The notes beneath the pieces are model-generated. The model did no database searches. It saw only the letters and a list, made by a program, of their open reading frames with translations, and had not been told where the DNA came from. The position numbers were made by a program, and so were the translations under genes. From an uncultured Cryomorphaceae bacterium (lineage in GTDB: Bacteria; Bacteroidota; Bacteroidia; Flavobacteriales; Schleiferiaceae), in assembly GCA_964416385.1 (NCBI GenBank), contig CAYQDW010000005.1, positions 6,544 to 70,543 of the forward strand: a stretch of 64,000 bases of DNA. Direction: 5' to 3'. This document shows, piece after piece, positions 28,905-38,440 of the stretch; position 1 is the first letter of the stretch, and every line of letters begins with the position of its first letter.

Positions 28905-31061
28905 TTATTCATTGGTAAGTGTCATTTCATCTACCAGGTAGCCCGCACCAGCATATTTGTCGATTACAAAAAGTACATACCTAATATCAACCATGATGTT
29001 TCGGCAAATACTTCGATCAAAATTTAAATCGCTCATTGTTCCTTCCCAAACACGGTCAAAATTCAGCCCTATCAATTCGCCTTTACCATTAAGCGCTGGG
29101 CTACCACTATTGCCGCCGCTGGTATGATTGCTTGCTATAAAGCACACTGGCATTTTATCGCCTTCACCATAACGGCCATAATCCTTTGTTTGGTAAAGTT
29201 CAAGCAAGCGCTGCGGCAAGTCGAATTCATAATCACCCGGTATATACTTGGCCATAACACCATCAAGATAAGTTTGATAAGTGTAGTTAACTGCGTCTTT
29301 TGGTGAGTAACCCTCTACCACACCGTAAGTTAATCGCAATGTACTGTTGGCATCTGGGTAAAATTTTCGTTGCGTAAAAACGGCCATTTGTGCAGCCATA
29401 TATTCACGCTGCAAGGCTTGTATCTGGGCATTTATACGATTATACTCAGGCATCACCTGGTTAACATAGCCGTCAAAAAAGTCCGTCATAACCAAAAAGG
29501 CAGGGTCATAATCTAGTATATGCTTTAACTCAAATGGCCTTTCAGCAAGCATTCTATTTAAATACGTAGCGCTGGTATCTTGGCTAAATATTGAATTGCT
29601 GTATATGGAATTGGCAAAGCCATTGTAATCCTTTTTGTTGAGTTGCTGATTGATGGCAAAATTTTGCGCAATGAATTTCTTGTCCTGTTCCATGTATATT
29701 TCTATCAGGGCAGCCATAATTTCTTTATCCGCCGAGGCTTCAAAATCTGCATAAAATGCATCTATTCCACCCGCCAAGCCAGATGCAGTGCGTTGTATGA
29801 GAACGGTGTCTGTTATAGGCGCATTTTGTAGCGCTCTAAAACGTTGCACAAAGCGCATAAGATCAGTGCCGATATAGCCAATTTCTATGAAATAATCACG
29901 CGCCACTGCCCACTGCTCTAGCTCATGATAATACACGTTTAGCTGCGGTAAAACTGTATTATATTTTTCCCAAAGCACATCGTTTTTAGAGAGCTGATAC
30001 ATAAAATCTGCTTCATATCTGCGCTTTTTATCAATACCATTTGTTTCTTTAATACCAATGTTTTGACCAATCCATTTTTTCCAGGCGTTGCTTGTGCTCG
30101 CATATTTTGAGGCATATTTAATACGCAAAGCATCGCTTTGGCGCATACGGGCATCTAAAAGCTGCAACTTTGTTTCTCTAATGCGAATTTTCAAGACGTT
30201 TTGCACATTTACAATTTGATCAATAGCTGCTGCAGGAATATATTCTTGCGTACTACCCGGATAACCAAAAACCATCGTAAATTCATCTTTCTTACGCGGA
30301 GCCAAACTCACCTTTAAATGGGTAATGGGTTGGTAGGGCACATTGGTCATACTTGGTGCGGCAGGATTGTTAGATGCATCCGCATAAATGCGAAAGATGG
30401 AAAAATCACCCGTGTGGCGCGGCCACATCCAGTTATCTGTGTCTGCACCATATTTACCAATGCTGCTTGGCGGGGCACCTACCAAACGTACGTCTTGATA
30501 ACGCTGTGTGGCAAGAAGAAAATAACGGTTACCCTCAAAAAAAGGCTTTATTGTAAAAAGGAGGTCACTTCCTGTTTTCTTTTCGAGGATGATACTACGC
30601 ATATTGTCATCAATGATACGCTGCCGTTCACGGTTTGAAAGGCCATCATGAACACCTTTAAGCACATCATTGGTAACCTCTTCCATGTACTTTAAAAACT
30701 CTACATACAAATCAGGATTTTGTAATTCTTGCGCGTTATTCATGGCCCAAAAACCATGTTTTAGATAATCATTCTCTACCGAACTATGGCTTTGTATGGC
30801 GTCATATCCGCAATGATGATTGGTAAGAACTAAACCTTGAGAAGAAATAATTTCTCCGGTACAAAATCCACCAAAATGAACAATAGCATCTTTTAAACTA
30901 CTCTTATTGATGGCATAAATATCTTCTGCAGTAAGCTCTAAACCCATAGCTCTCATTTCTGCTTCATTGGCAGAAAGGAGCATCGGAATCCACATGCCTT
31001 CATTGGCCTGTGCGGTGTTTAACATCACTAAGGCTACCAATACCTGTGCGTACTTCTTCAT
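28905..31061 (-). CDS. S46-family dipeptidyl-peptidase (DPP7/DPP11-like)
   Basis: Signal peptide then NEGMWIP, catalytic His context TNHHCG and catalytic Ser context GGNSGSP. Start set at MKKYAQ (31061). Confidence 0.85.
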   Translation of the reverse strand: MKKYAQVLVALVMLNTAQANEGMWIPMLLSANEAEMRAMGLELTAEDIYAINKSSLKDAIVHFGGFCTGEIISSQGLVLTNHHCGYDAIQSHSSVENDYLKHGFWAMNNAQELQNPDLYVEFLKYMEEVTNDVLKGVHDGLSNRERQRIIDDNMRSIILEKKTGSDLLFTIKPFFEGNRYFLLATQRYQDVRLVGAPPSSIGKYGADTDNWMWPRHTGDFSIFRIYADASNNPAAPSMTNVPYQPITHLKVSLAPRKKDEFTMVFGYPGSTQEYIPAAAIDQIVNVQNVLKIRIRETKLQLLDARMRQSDALRIKYASKYASTSNAWKKWIGQNIGIKETNGIDKKRRYEADFMYQLSKNDVLWEKYNTVLPQLNVYYHELEQWAVARDYFIEIGYIGTDLMRFVQRFRALQNAPITDTVLIQRTASGLAGGIDAFYADFEASADKEIMAALIEIYMEQDKKFIAQNFAINQQLNKKDYNGFANSIYSNSIFSQDTSATYLNRMLAERPFELKHILDYDPAFLVMTDFFDGYVNQVMPEYNRINAQIQALQREYMAAQMAVFTQRKFYPDANSTLRLTYGVVEGYSPKDAVNYTYQTYLDGVMAKYIPGDYEFDLPQRLLELYQTKDYGRYGEGDKMPVCFIASNHTSGGNSGSPALNGKGELIGLNFDRVWEGTMSDLNFDRSICRNIMVDIRYVLFVIDKYAGAGYLVDEMTLTNE

Positions 31062-31147
31062 TATATGCTGGTGTTTAGTTAGCAAAAATAACTGCTATTA
31101 GTATTGCGGCCCGAGTTTGCGGTTATTTTTGCCACAAATACTATTAG

Positions 31148-32245
31148 ATGATGTTCTACAAATTAGCTCAAATTGCTGTAATCATAATTGGTTTAAGCGC
31201 CTGTACGCAAGAAAAGCAACCACAAAGCACCTTGAAAATTGAAACGCGTGCCATATCCGATACAGAGATTAAAGTTAGCCTTGCTGATGCAGATTCAACG
31301 CTAATTACGGCACAACTGATAAACGGATCAACAACGATAACATTACCGATAAATCGGCCAAGAATGATAGTTGTTGAAATACCTAACCTTAGTAAACCTG
31401 TTGTGTTTTTTGCAGATATTAATGAGATGGTGCTTTCTATTAATGGCGAAAGTGATCCTGCAGCATTTACCGTAACTGGAAGCATGTACCAAGATTCTTT
31501 GGATGTTTTTGCGCGTATGCAACAGGCCAATAAAAACTATTTAGATATGTACAATAGTGCCTGGCAGCAAGCTATACAGGCCAGTGACTCTTTAACCATG
31601 CAATTTGCATACGCTAAACTTGATAGTGCATATTATGCGTTTGAGGATTACAAATTGGCTTTTGCCAAAAGAAATGGCATCATCGGTGCATTAATTGCCC
31701 AACGTTATCTATATGAGGCGTCATACAGTGATCTCAACGACATTTATGAAAATATACCTGTTCTTTTTCAAGAAGATGAACTTGTAAAAGACTTTAAAAA
31801 GCGTGTTGACATCTTAAAAAATACGCAAGTGGGTATGCGATTTACAGACATCACCCAAGCGGATACCACTGGTGCGCCTTTGAGTATAAGCGCTGTTTCT
31901 GGTAGCTATGTGTTGTTAGATTTTTGGGCGAGTTGGTGCGGCCCATGCCGGGCGGCAAACCCTGATTTGGTTCAGATTTATAATGACTTTAAGGATAAAG
32001 GGTTACAAATTGTTGGCATTAGCTTAGACAACAATAAAGACAACTGGAAACGCGCCATAAATACCGATGGCTTAACATGGTATCACATGAGCGATTTAAA
32101 AGGCTGGCAAAATGAAGGTGCCGAGGCTTACGGCATACGGTCTATTCCTCAAAGTATTCTGCTAGATCACCAAGGCTTTATTATCCAGAAAAATTTGTCT
32201 ACAGAAGAATTGCGCAATTTCTTAGAAGACAATCTCAAAGATTAA
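31148..32245 (+). CDS. TlpA-family thiol:disulfide oxidoreductase lipoprotein
   Basis: Lipobox (IGLSAC), an N-terminal domain of unknown role, and a C-terminal thioredoxin fold with LLDFWASWCGPC. Confidence 0.8.
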   Translation: MMFYKLAQIAVIIIGLSACTQEKQPQSTLKIETRAISDTEIKVSLADADSTLITAQLINGSTTITLPINRPRMIVVEIPNLSKPVVFFADINEMVLSINGESDPAAFTVTGSMYQDSLDVFARMQQANKNYLDMYNSAWQQAIQASDSLTMQFAYAKLDSAYYAFEDYKLAFAKRNGIIGALIAQRYLYEASYSDLNDIYENIPVLFQEDELVKDFKKRVDILKNTQVGMRFTDITQADTTGAPLSISAVSGSYVLLDFWASWCGPCRAANPDLVQIYNDFKDKGLQIVGISLDNNKDNWKRAINTDGLTWYHMSDLKGWQNEGAEAYGIRSIPQSILLDHQGFIIQKNLSTEELRNFLEDNLKD

Positions 32246-32246
32246 T

Positions 32247-32897
32247 ATGAGGCTGTTCAAGCTCATTCAGCAAGATAAATATCATATCTTATTGGCTTCG
32301 TTATTGGTGTTTTTTCTCTCTATTGCGGCCATTACAAAAGACACTTGGTACACCAAACTTATCATTTCTTTGGGTTTGGCCATTATCTTGGTAGCTGGCA
32401 TAAACACTTTACAAAAGCGCAGTCTTAAACGCCTTGGTTGGGTTGTAGCTATTCTGTTTGTTACCCTAAACATTATTCATAACATTCATCCTATACCCTT
32501 TTTACATCTTACTTCTTTTTTGCTTTTCATTGGTCTGTTAAGCTTTGTAGAAATTGGCATCATTAGGATGTTAATCTTGGCTAAGAGCGTTAAACCCAGT
32601 TTTATTATTGGCAGTATTGCGGGTTATCTTCTCATCAGTTTAAATCTTGCTTTTTTTATCTTAACTATTGATGGGGTGATTTTGGGGCACGCACTCTCGG
32701 TGCCAATACGCGAAATTGGTTTTCATGGCATTTTATATCATGCCCTTATTACCACAACTACAGTTGGTTTTGGAGATGTTGTTCCAGCTCATCCATTTGT
32801 ACAGATGGTTTCTGCGCTGGCAGCAGTGCTCGCACAATTTTATATTGCTGTTGTTGTTGCCGTTATTGTTTCTAAACTTCTGCGCCGCAATGCATAA
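32247..32897 (+). CDS. Small potassium-channel family protein
   Basis: Six hydrophobic segments. Pore helix and selectivity filter TTTTVGFGD. Starts 1 nt after the tlpA-like stop. Confidence 0.75.
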   Translation: MRLFKLIQQDKYHILLASLLVFFLSIAAITKDTWYTKLIISLGLAIILVAGINTLQKRSLKRLGWVVAILFVTLNIIHNIHPIPFLHLTSFLLFIGLLSFVEIGIIRMLILAKSVKPSFIIGSIAGYLLISLNLAFFILTIDGVILGHALSVPIREIGFHGILYHALITTTTVGFGDVVPAHPFVQMVSALAAVLAQFYIAVVVAVIVSKLLRRNA

Positions 32898-32957
32898 AAA
32901 AAGCCACTTTCGTTAGTGAAAGTAGCTCTTCAAAGTTTATTGTTGGATTTTATTTTT

Positions 32958-34004
32958 CTAAATGATGCGGGTCATCCATTGATGTTTGTCGGCTACTTTG
33001 CCCGTACGGATATCGGTTAATCCTTTTTTAAGTTGCATGGCATAACCATCGTCTGGTGTTGGTATATCAAAAAACTCTTCTTTGTGGCCAATGCCATTAA
33101 TTTGACTAACAACAGCCGCTGTACCCATACCAAACATTTCTTTGAGTTCACCAGCACGTGCAGCATCCATCAACTCATGTACTGAAATAGGACGTTCGGT
33201 AACATCCATACCCAAATCTGCGGCTAATTTTAAAATGCTATCACGTGTAATACCTGCTAAAATACGATCGCTGAGTGGCGGTGTGGCCATTTTATCACCT
33301 ATGCGCACCATCACATTCATGGTGCCACTTTCTTCTATGTATTTATGTTCGCGATGGTCTGTCCAGATAATCTGCTTAAATCCCTGCTCTATGGCCTTTT
33401 GCGTAGGATAAAATGCCCCACCATAGTTACCAGCGGCTTTAGTAAACCCAATTCCACCCTCTGTGGCGCGGGTATAAAAATCTTCAACCTTTACCTTTAC
33501 AGCACCGGGATAATAAGGTCCAACGGGACTATTAATAATGGCGAAGGTATACTCCTCACTTGGTCTTGCTGCTATAAACTCACTGCTACCAAACAAAAAC
33601 GGACGTATATACAAACTGTGATCTGGTGTTCTTGGTACCCATTCTTGATCCAATTCAATAAGGCTTTTTAATCCTTCCATGAAAATCTCTTGGGGTACTT
33701 CGGGCATAAGAAGTCGCGTAGCAGAACGATTTAATCTTTCAAAGTTGGCTAATGGCCTAAAAATACTCACGCCACCATCTTGCATTCTGTAAGCCTTTAA
33801 GCCCTCAAAGGCCGCTTGGCCATAATGCAATGTATGTAGCGCATATGAAAGGCTAACTTTTCCATAAGGCACAATCTCTGGCTCTTGCCAAGCGCCATCT
33901 TTAAAGTGACAAACCAGCATGTGATCTGCAAAATATTTGCCGAAAGGCAGATTAGAGAAGTCTATGGTATCAATACGCGATTTAGGGGTTCTTGATATCT
34001 TCAT
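32958..34004 (-). CDS. ilvE: Branched-chain amino acid aminotransferase
   Basis: Fold-type IV PLP enzyme blocks (YGQAAFEGLKAY, IRPFLFGS, TKAAGNYG, GITRDSIL, GTAAVV). Start set at MKISRT (34004). Confidence 0.88.
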   Translation of the reverse strand: MKISRTPKSRIDTIDFSNLPFGKYFADHMLVCHFKDGAWQEPEIVPYGKVSLSYALHTLHYGQAAFEGLKAYRMQDGGVSIFRPLANFERLNRSATRLLMPEVPQEIFMEGLKSLIELDQEWVPRTPDHSLYIRPFLFGSSEFIAARPSEEYTFAIINSPVGPYYPGAVKVKVEDFYTRATEGGIGFTKAAGNYGGAFYPTQKAIEQGFKQIIWTDHREHKYIEESGTMNVMVRIGDKMATPPLSDRILAGITRDSILKLAADLGMDVTERPISVHELMDAARAGELKEMFGMGTAAVVSQINGIGHKEEFFDIPTPDDGYAMQLKKGLTDIRTGKVADKHQWMTRII

Positions 34005-34120
34005 CTTAAGCTTTTGGGGTTGGGCCAAAGGTAAGATAAAATGCTTCTTTGGCATATCAACCTCAGACGCTGTAGAGCGCTTGACCAAGACATTAACATA
34101 GAATATATTTGCCGCATTAA

Positions 34121-34636
34121 ATGAATACCCTAATGAAAAGATTTTTAATTGGCAGTCTTGCCCTAGTCATTATCGCAGCGTGCAACAATTCACAAACCAA
34201 TACTGATAATGAAGCAGAAACAAATGATGTTGTAGTTGCTGAATATGAGTTTTTTGGTGATAGCACTTTAACACCAGATGATGCTGTACCTAGCACCCAG
34301 CTTATCGCTTTTATGGATGGCAGAGATAGTGTTGCTGCTAAAGTATCGGGTACTATTAGTGAGGTTTGCCAAAAGAAAGGTTGCTGGATGAGCGTAGAAG
34401 TAGACAATGGCAAAAGCATGCACGTAACGTATGATTATGAATTTTTATTACCGATGAATGCAGCTGGTAAGGAGATGATAATGAATGGTTACGCTTTTAC
34501 AGATACGATTCCTGTTAACCACTTAAAGCACTTGGCTGAAGACGCTGGTAAAACCCAAGAAGAAATTGATGCCATTACAGAACCTAAGGTTACACTTTCA
34601 TTCCTTGCTACGGGTGTAATGATCAAAAAGAATTAA
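34121..34636 (+). CDS. Lipoprotein resembling the DUF4920 family
   Basis: Lipobox (IIAAC) and the conserved-looking CQKKGCWM motif. Family name recalled, not searched. Confidence 0.55.
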   Translation: MNTLMKRFLIGSLALVIIAACNNSQTNTDNEAETNDVVVAEYEFFGDSTLTPDDAVPSTQLIAFMDGRDSVAAKVSGTISEVCQKKGCWMSVEVDNGKSMHVTYDYEFLLPMNAAGKEMIMNGYAFTDTIPVNHLKHLAEDAGKTQEEIDAITEPKVTLSFLATGVMIKKN

Positions 34637-34637
34637 G

Positions 34638-35093
34638 ATGAAATTTTTTCCTTTTCTCATAGGATGCTTCTTTGGAGCATCCTTTTTTATATCCTGCAGC
34701 AATGCCAGCAATGAACAGCCTGCAGCAGAAGTGCCAGAAGAAAATTGGCAACCTAACATGTATGAGCCCAGCGAATTGGTGGTAATTATGCGTAAGATGT
34801 ATGAAGACAATCTTGCGCTAAAGGAGCAATTAATAGCTGGCGAAGTGCCACAGCAAGTGCCAGAAGGGTACAAGCAAATCCTAACCGCGCAAGCCACCAA
34901 TCCTGATGAATTAGGCGACCTTTATTACGCAATGGCGAAGGCATATTTGGCGGGTTATGAAAGCCTAACAAAAGCAGATAGTAGCGCTGCAGTGCCTACA
35001 TACAACGCCATGATTAATACTTGTATTGGCTGTCATCAGAATTACTGTTTGGGGCCTATACCCAAAATTGAAAAGCTTTACATCAAGCCATGA
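34638..35093 (+). CDS. Small lipoprotein with a single CxxCH haem-c motif (putative c-type cytochrome)
   Basis: Lipobox (FFISC). C-terminal NTCIGCHQNYC. Starts 1 nt after the previous stop and overlaps the next gene by ATGA. Confidence 0.45.
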   Translation: MKFFPFLIGCFFGASFFISCSNASNEQPAAEVPEENWQPNMYEPSELVVIMRKMYEDNLALKEQLIAGEVPQQVPEGYKQILTAQATNPDELGDLYYAMAKAYLAGYESLTKADSSAAVPTYNAMINTCIGCHQNYCLGPIPKIEKLYIKP

Positions 35094-35752
35094 AGCCAGA
35101 ACTGCGGTTAACAGCAGATGGCAGCAATACTTTTTTTATCTCAGAACTTGATGAGCACTACCACAGTGTACACGGTGCTAGGCAAGAAAGCGAACATGTA
35201 TTTATAGCCGCTGGCTTAAATAACAGAACAGAAGATGTACTCTCTATCCTAGAGATAGGCTTTGGCACTGGCCTTAATGCGTTACTCACCGCTTTGGAAG
35301 TTCAGAAAAGCAGACGTACTGTTTATTACACTGGGCTAGAAAAATACCCGCTTCACCATGCGCTAATTGCCCAGCTCAACTATGTGGAACAATCAGAAAA
35401 TGCGCTTGCTAGCAAAGTTTTTTCTGAAATACACAATGCATCCTGGGAGGCATTAATGCCCATCACAGCCGGGTTTAATCTCAAAAAAAGCACCCAAGAT
35501 TGCGTGGATTTTTTTGCTGTGGATGAATTTCACCTCATCTATTATGATGCTTTTGCCCCTAGCGCCCAACCCGAATTATGGACCACCCAAGTGTTTAAGC
35601 AGATGTACACAGCTTTAAAACCCGGTGGCACATTGGTAACGTATTGCGCTAAAGGACAAGTTAAGCGCAACATGAAAGAAGCAGGTTTTTTGATTGAAGC
35701 CCTACCAGGCCCACCCGGCAAACGGGAAATGACACGTGCTAGAAAAGATTAA
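35090..35752 (+). CDS. mnmD: tRNA (mnm5s2U34) methyltransferase MnmD-like (stand-alone MnmC methyltransferase domain)
   Basis: TADGSNTFF...ELDEHYHS, ILEIGFGTGLNALLT and IYYDAFAP motifs are typical of the MnmC methyltransferase domain. 220 aa. Confidence 0.7.
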   Translation: MKPELRLTADGSNTFFISELDEHYHSVHGARQESEHVFIAAGLNNRTEDVLSILEIGFGTGLNALLTALEVQKSRRTVYYTGLEKYPLHHALIAQLNYVEQSENALASKVFSEIHNASWEALMPITAGFNLKKSTQDCVDFFAVDEFHLIYYDAFAPSAQPELWTTQVFKQMYTALKPGGTLVTYCAKGQVKRNMKEAGFLIEALPGPPGKREMTRARKD

Positions 35753-35771
35753 TGCACAATTTATTGATTGC

Positions 35772-37982
35772 TTATCTACACTGCTCCACCACAAAATTGA
35801 TGCGTGGTTTTAGCCTTTCGCTGCGCAGCGTTTGATATATAAAATTCTTTTCGCGCTCTGTAAGGTGCCAACTCAGGCTTACTTCATCGCTGGTTCTTAG
35901 TAAGTCTATGTGCACTACATCCAACGGAAAGTTAACCCACTCACCAGCATAATTTAAAATCTCAGCACGTGCAAAGCCTTGCAAGGTTGAGAAATTCTGA
36001 ACCATTGCACCAAAGGGCTTTACCAGATTTTCTACACGTGTTGTGTACGGATTGGGCTTTATGGCTTCGTCTACCGGGCGTGAAGCTAATGTTTGCACAA
36101 TAACAACACCCGAAGTGTTATGCGCTATCCAATCTTTAAACGTGTGTAAAAAGCGTATGGTGAGTAAAAAACCATCATTATCTCTGGCTCCTGCATCTAA
36201 CACCTCCATAGGTGGTTCTGTAGGCAAGGCCACCACTGGCGCTATATATGGGAAGGTACTACTCATGCGTAATGCCGTAACAAAACTCAAACTATCCGCC
36301 TGCCGGTCTGCAAAAAATCGCCTAAACTCTACGCCATCATAAACATCAGTTCTTCTTGTTTGAAAGGCAACTTCATGTTTGCTTAAAAAGCTTAATCCCA
36401 TTGGCGAAATCAACAACCGCTGGCCGCGATTAATAATGGTGGGCGTGAGAATAAGTAGTGGCACAGCGCCTTTACTTTCTTGCTCTGCATAATGCACGAT
36501 GGGCTTGTTAAGAATGAATTCTGTATTCAAATTAAAACGCTTATCCCATGCCATGCCCCGATCAAAACGATATGAAAATCCAGATGCTTTAATTTTTTGC
36601 AAAGGGATAAAAAAGTCATTTACCGCCATCGTATAGCCTACGGCATTAAGTATATCCGTACCTAAAACATCAAAATAATATTTGCCATTAATACCCAAAA
36701 GTTTGCCTGCATTGCGTTGCTCTTGTAACTCTCTATAATATGCTGCCCCAATAATACCGCCACTAGATCCTGCAATTAAAAACAAGCGATCATAAAATGA
36801 ACCGCCGGTTATGCTATCTATGTACTGCATAGACGCCAGCGTAAACAAGGTAGATCTCAGTCCGCCACCACTACTATTTAAAATTATTAGTTTGGGTTTT
36901 GCTTCTTTCTGCCGCGCTTTCCAGCCATCTAGGGCATTAATCATGGCTAACTTATCTTCAGCAAGTATAGAATCTGTGGTGAGTTGTGCTATGGCCTCGT
37001 ATGTATATGGCAGAGGCGTTTTTTCATAATCTAATCCGGGCACTTCTGCCAGGTGTTTAAAGGCTGTTGTGCCAGACAAAAAGTTAAGTACGATGCCACC
37101 AAAAATGAGCACACTTATCGTCCACTGTTTAAGCCAGCTAAAAAGCGCCCCAAAAATCATAAGAAAGGTGGTTAATAAAAGCGTGATACTGGCACCTGCA
37201 GGGATAAGCACAAAGCGATTACTGCCAAATGCGCTTAACAAGGTAATAAGGGCCAAAATGCCAATAAAATAAAGTGCTGCGTTTGTGTGGTGCTGTTGTA
37301 AAATGCGCAGTCTGTCTTCTTCGTCATAATGCCCAGCAGGCCGCACGCGCCTAATGCTCCAAAAATTACGTAGAAACGTAAAAACGTGCTCGTCAGAAGG
37401 CTGGGCGGCAATCTTAGTTTCTTTCTTTATAAATAGCTGAATAGGTTTAGGCAGCGCACTGGCCAAATCATTCAACTTTGGCTTTTTGGTAACCGAGAAA
37501 AAATATGTGAATGAGAGCGAAATACTTAGAATGCTTCCCATAATGAGGCCACTTTCTTGTAAAAAAATCTGCATGGCTGTATGCCCTTCTAAGCTTAAGG
37601 TATATGCTATATGGAAGCCATAATAAACATAAAACAGCAGTGGGATAAGTGAGTTGTTGATGCTAAAACGGTACAGTGGCTTTGTTAAGGCAGCTAAAAA
37701 TGTGTATCGGTAACTGTAGAAAATATAGCTGGTAATGTGAAAAGCCATTACAAAAAAGCCAAGCACCGATCCCAAGATGAAAAATGACAAAAAGTTAACA
37801 TCGCCCAAATATTCTGGGGTGAGGAATAAATAAGGTATGCCTATGGCCGTAAAGAGATGACCACCAACCATACCAAAGAGTACCACCCAAAAAAACAGAA
37901 GTAACCAGCTTCTACTTAGATGCAAAAGCAAAAGTTGTACAGGAAAAAAGTGACTAATAAACTTCCATAATTGCTTCATCAT
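35772..37982 (-). CDS. Membrane-anchored patatin-like phospholipase
   Basis: About 330-aa polytopic N-terminal region, then a patatin domain with oxyanion GGGLRS, nucleophile elbow AGSSGG (GxSxG) and catalytic Asp in DAGARDN. Start ATGATG at 37982 forms an ATGA overlap with the upstream stop. Confidence 0.8.
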   Translation of the reverse strand: MMKQLWKFISHFFPVQLLLLHLSRSWLLLFFWVVLFGMVGGHLFTAIGIPYLFLTPEYLGDVNFLSFFILGSVLGFFVMAFHITSYIFYSYRYTFLAALTKPLYRFSINNSLIPLLFYVYYGFHIAYTLSLEGHTAMQIFLQESGLIMGSILSISLSFTYFFSVTKKPKLNDLASALPKPIQLFIKKETKIAAQPSDEHVFTFLRNFWSIRRVRPAGHYDEEDRLRILQQHHTNAALYFIGILALITLLSAFGSNRFVLIPAGASITLLLTTFLMIFGALFSWLKQWTISVLIFGGIVLNFLSGTTAFKHLAEVPGLDYEKTPLPYTYEAIAQLTTDSILAEDKLAMINALDGWKARQKEAKPKLIILNSSGGGLRSTLFTLASMQYIDSITGGSFYDRLFLIAGSSGGIIGAAYYRELQEQRNAGKLLGINGKYYFDVLGTDILNAVGYTMAVNDFFIPLQKIKASGFSYRFDRGMAWDKRFNLNTEFILNKPIVHYAEQESKGAVPLLILTPTIINRGQRLLISPMGLSFLSKHEVAFQTRRTDVYDGVEFRRFFADRQADSLSFVTALRMSSTFPYIAPVVALPTEPPMEVLDAGARDNDGFLLTIRFLHTFKDWIAHNTSGVVIVQTLASRPVDEAIKPNPYTTRVENLVKPFGAMVQNFSTLQGFARAEILNYAGEWVNFPLDVVHIDLLRTSDEVSLSWHLTEREKNFIYQTLRSERLKPRINFVVEQCR

Positions 37983-38440
37983 CTGGGCATTAATCCAAAT
38001 TGTTGAAAGTGATGACGGATGTGTTTGTATTGCAGCTGTCTTGTTTCTTCGGCATTGAGATTGCCAAATGATGGGTGCGTGCAACTAAACTTTTCATCAG
38101 TACTGGTATGTTTATCAAACTGCACTAGAGCCTCTAAAAAAGCCGTTTTTAACTGATTTATATCTCCTCCATGCTTGCCCTCATAATCATTATACAGTGC
38201 TGGTTTGGGCGCACTTTCCATAAAATTTTGATCGCTCATTAAAAACGTTTTGTAGCGCGCCAATTTTTCTTCAGGAATTGTTACCTCAACATCGGCCTCA
38301 GACAGCATTAAGAGCGTACCCGCCAACAAATGATCTAGCATTTGCGCGGCATTCATGGTGCCCCACAAATTTGGGGTTTGGGCATGTAATTGATTTAGGC
38401 ACTGTGGCACCTCCGTAGTAAAAAATTTATGATGGTTCAT
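37979..38440 (-). CDS. DinB-superfamily protein (DUF1569-like)
   Basis: 153 aa. N-terminal W...MLDHL and C-terminal HPSFGNL...YKHIRHHFQQFG pattern of the four-helix DinB/DUF1569 fold. ATGA overlaps on both sides. Confidence 0.6.
   Translation of the reverse strand: MNHHKFFTTEVPQCLNQLHAQTPNLWGTMNAAQMLDHLLAGTLLMLSEADVEVTIPEEKLARYKTFLMSDQNFMESAPKPALYNDYEGKHGGDINQLKTAFLEALVQFDKHTSTDEKFSCTHPSFGNLNAEETRQLQYKHIRHHFQQFGLMPR

Noticed and set aside
31168-31530. 120-aa minus-strand ORF antisense to the tlpA-like gene
   Set aside because: Shadow ORF within a supported CDS, with no start context or motif.
34117-34419. 100-aa minus-strand ORF opposite the DUF4920-like gene
   Set aside because: Shadow ORF. 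The plus-strand frame has a lipobox and a conserved Cys motif, whereas the minus frame is Ser/Thr/Leu low-complexity.
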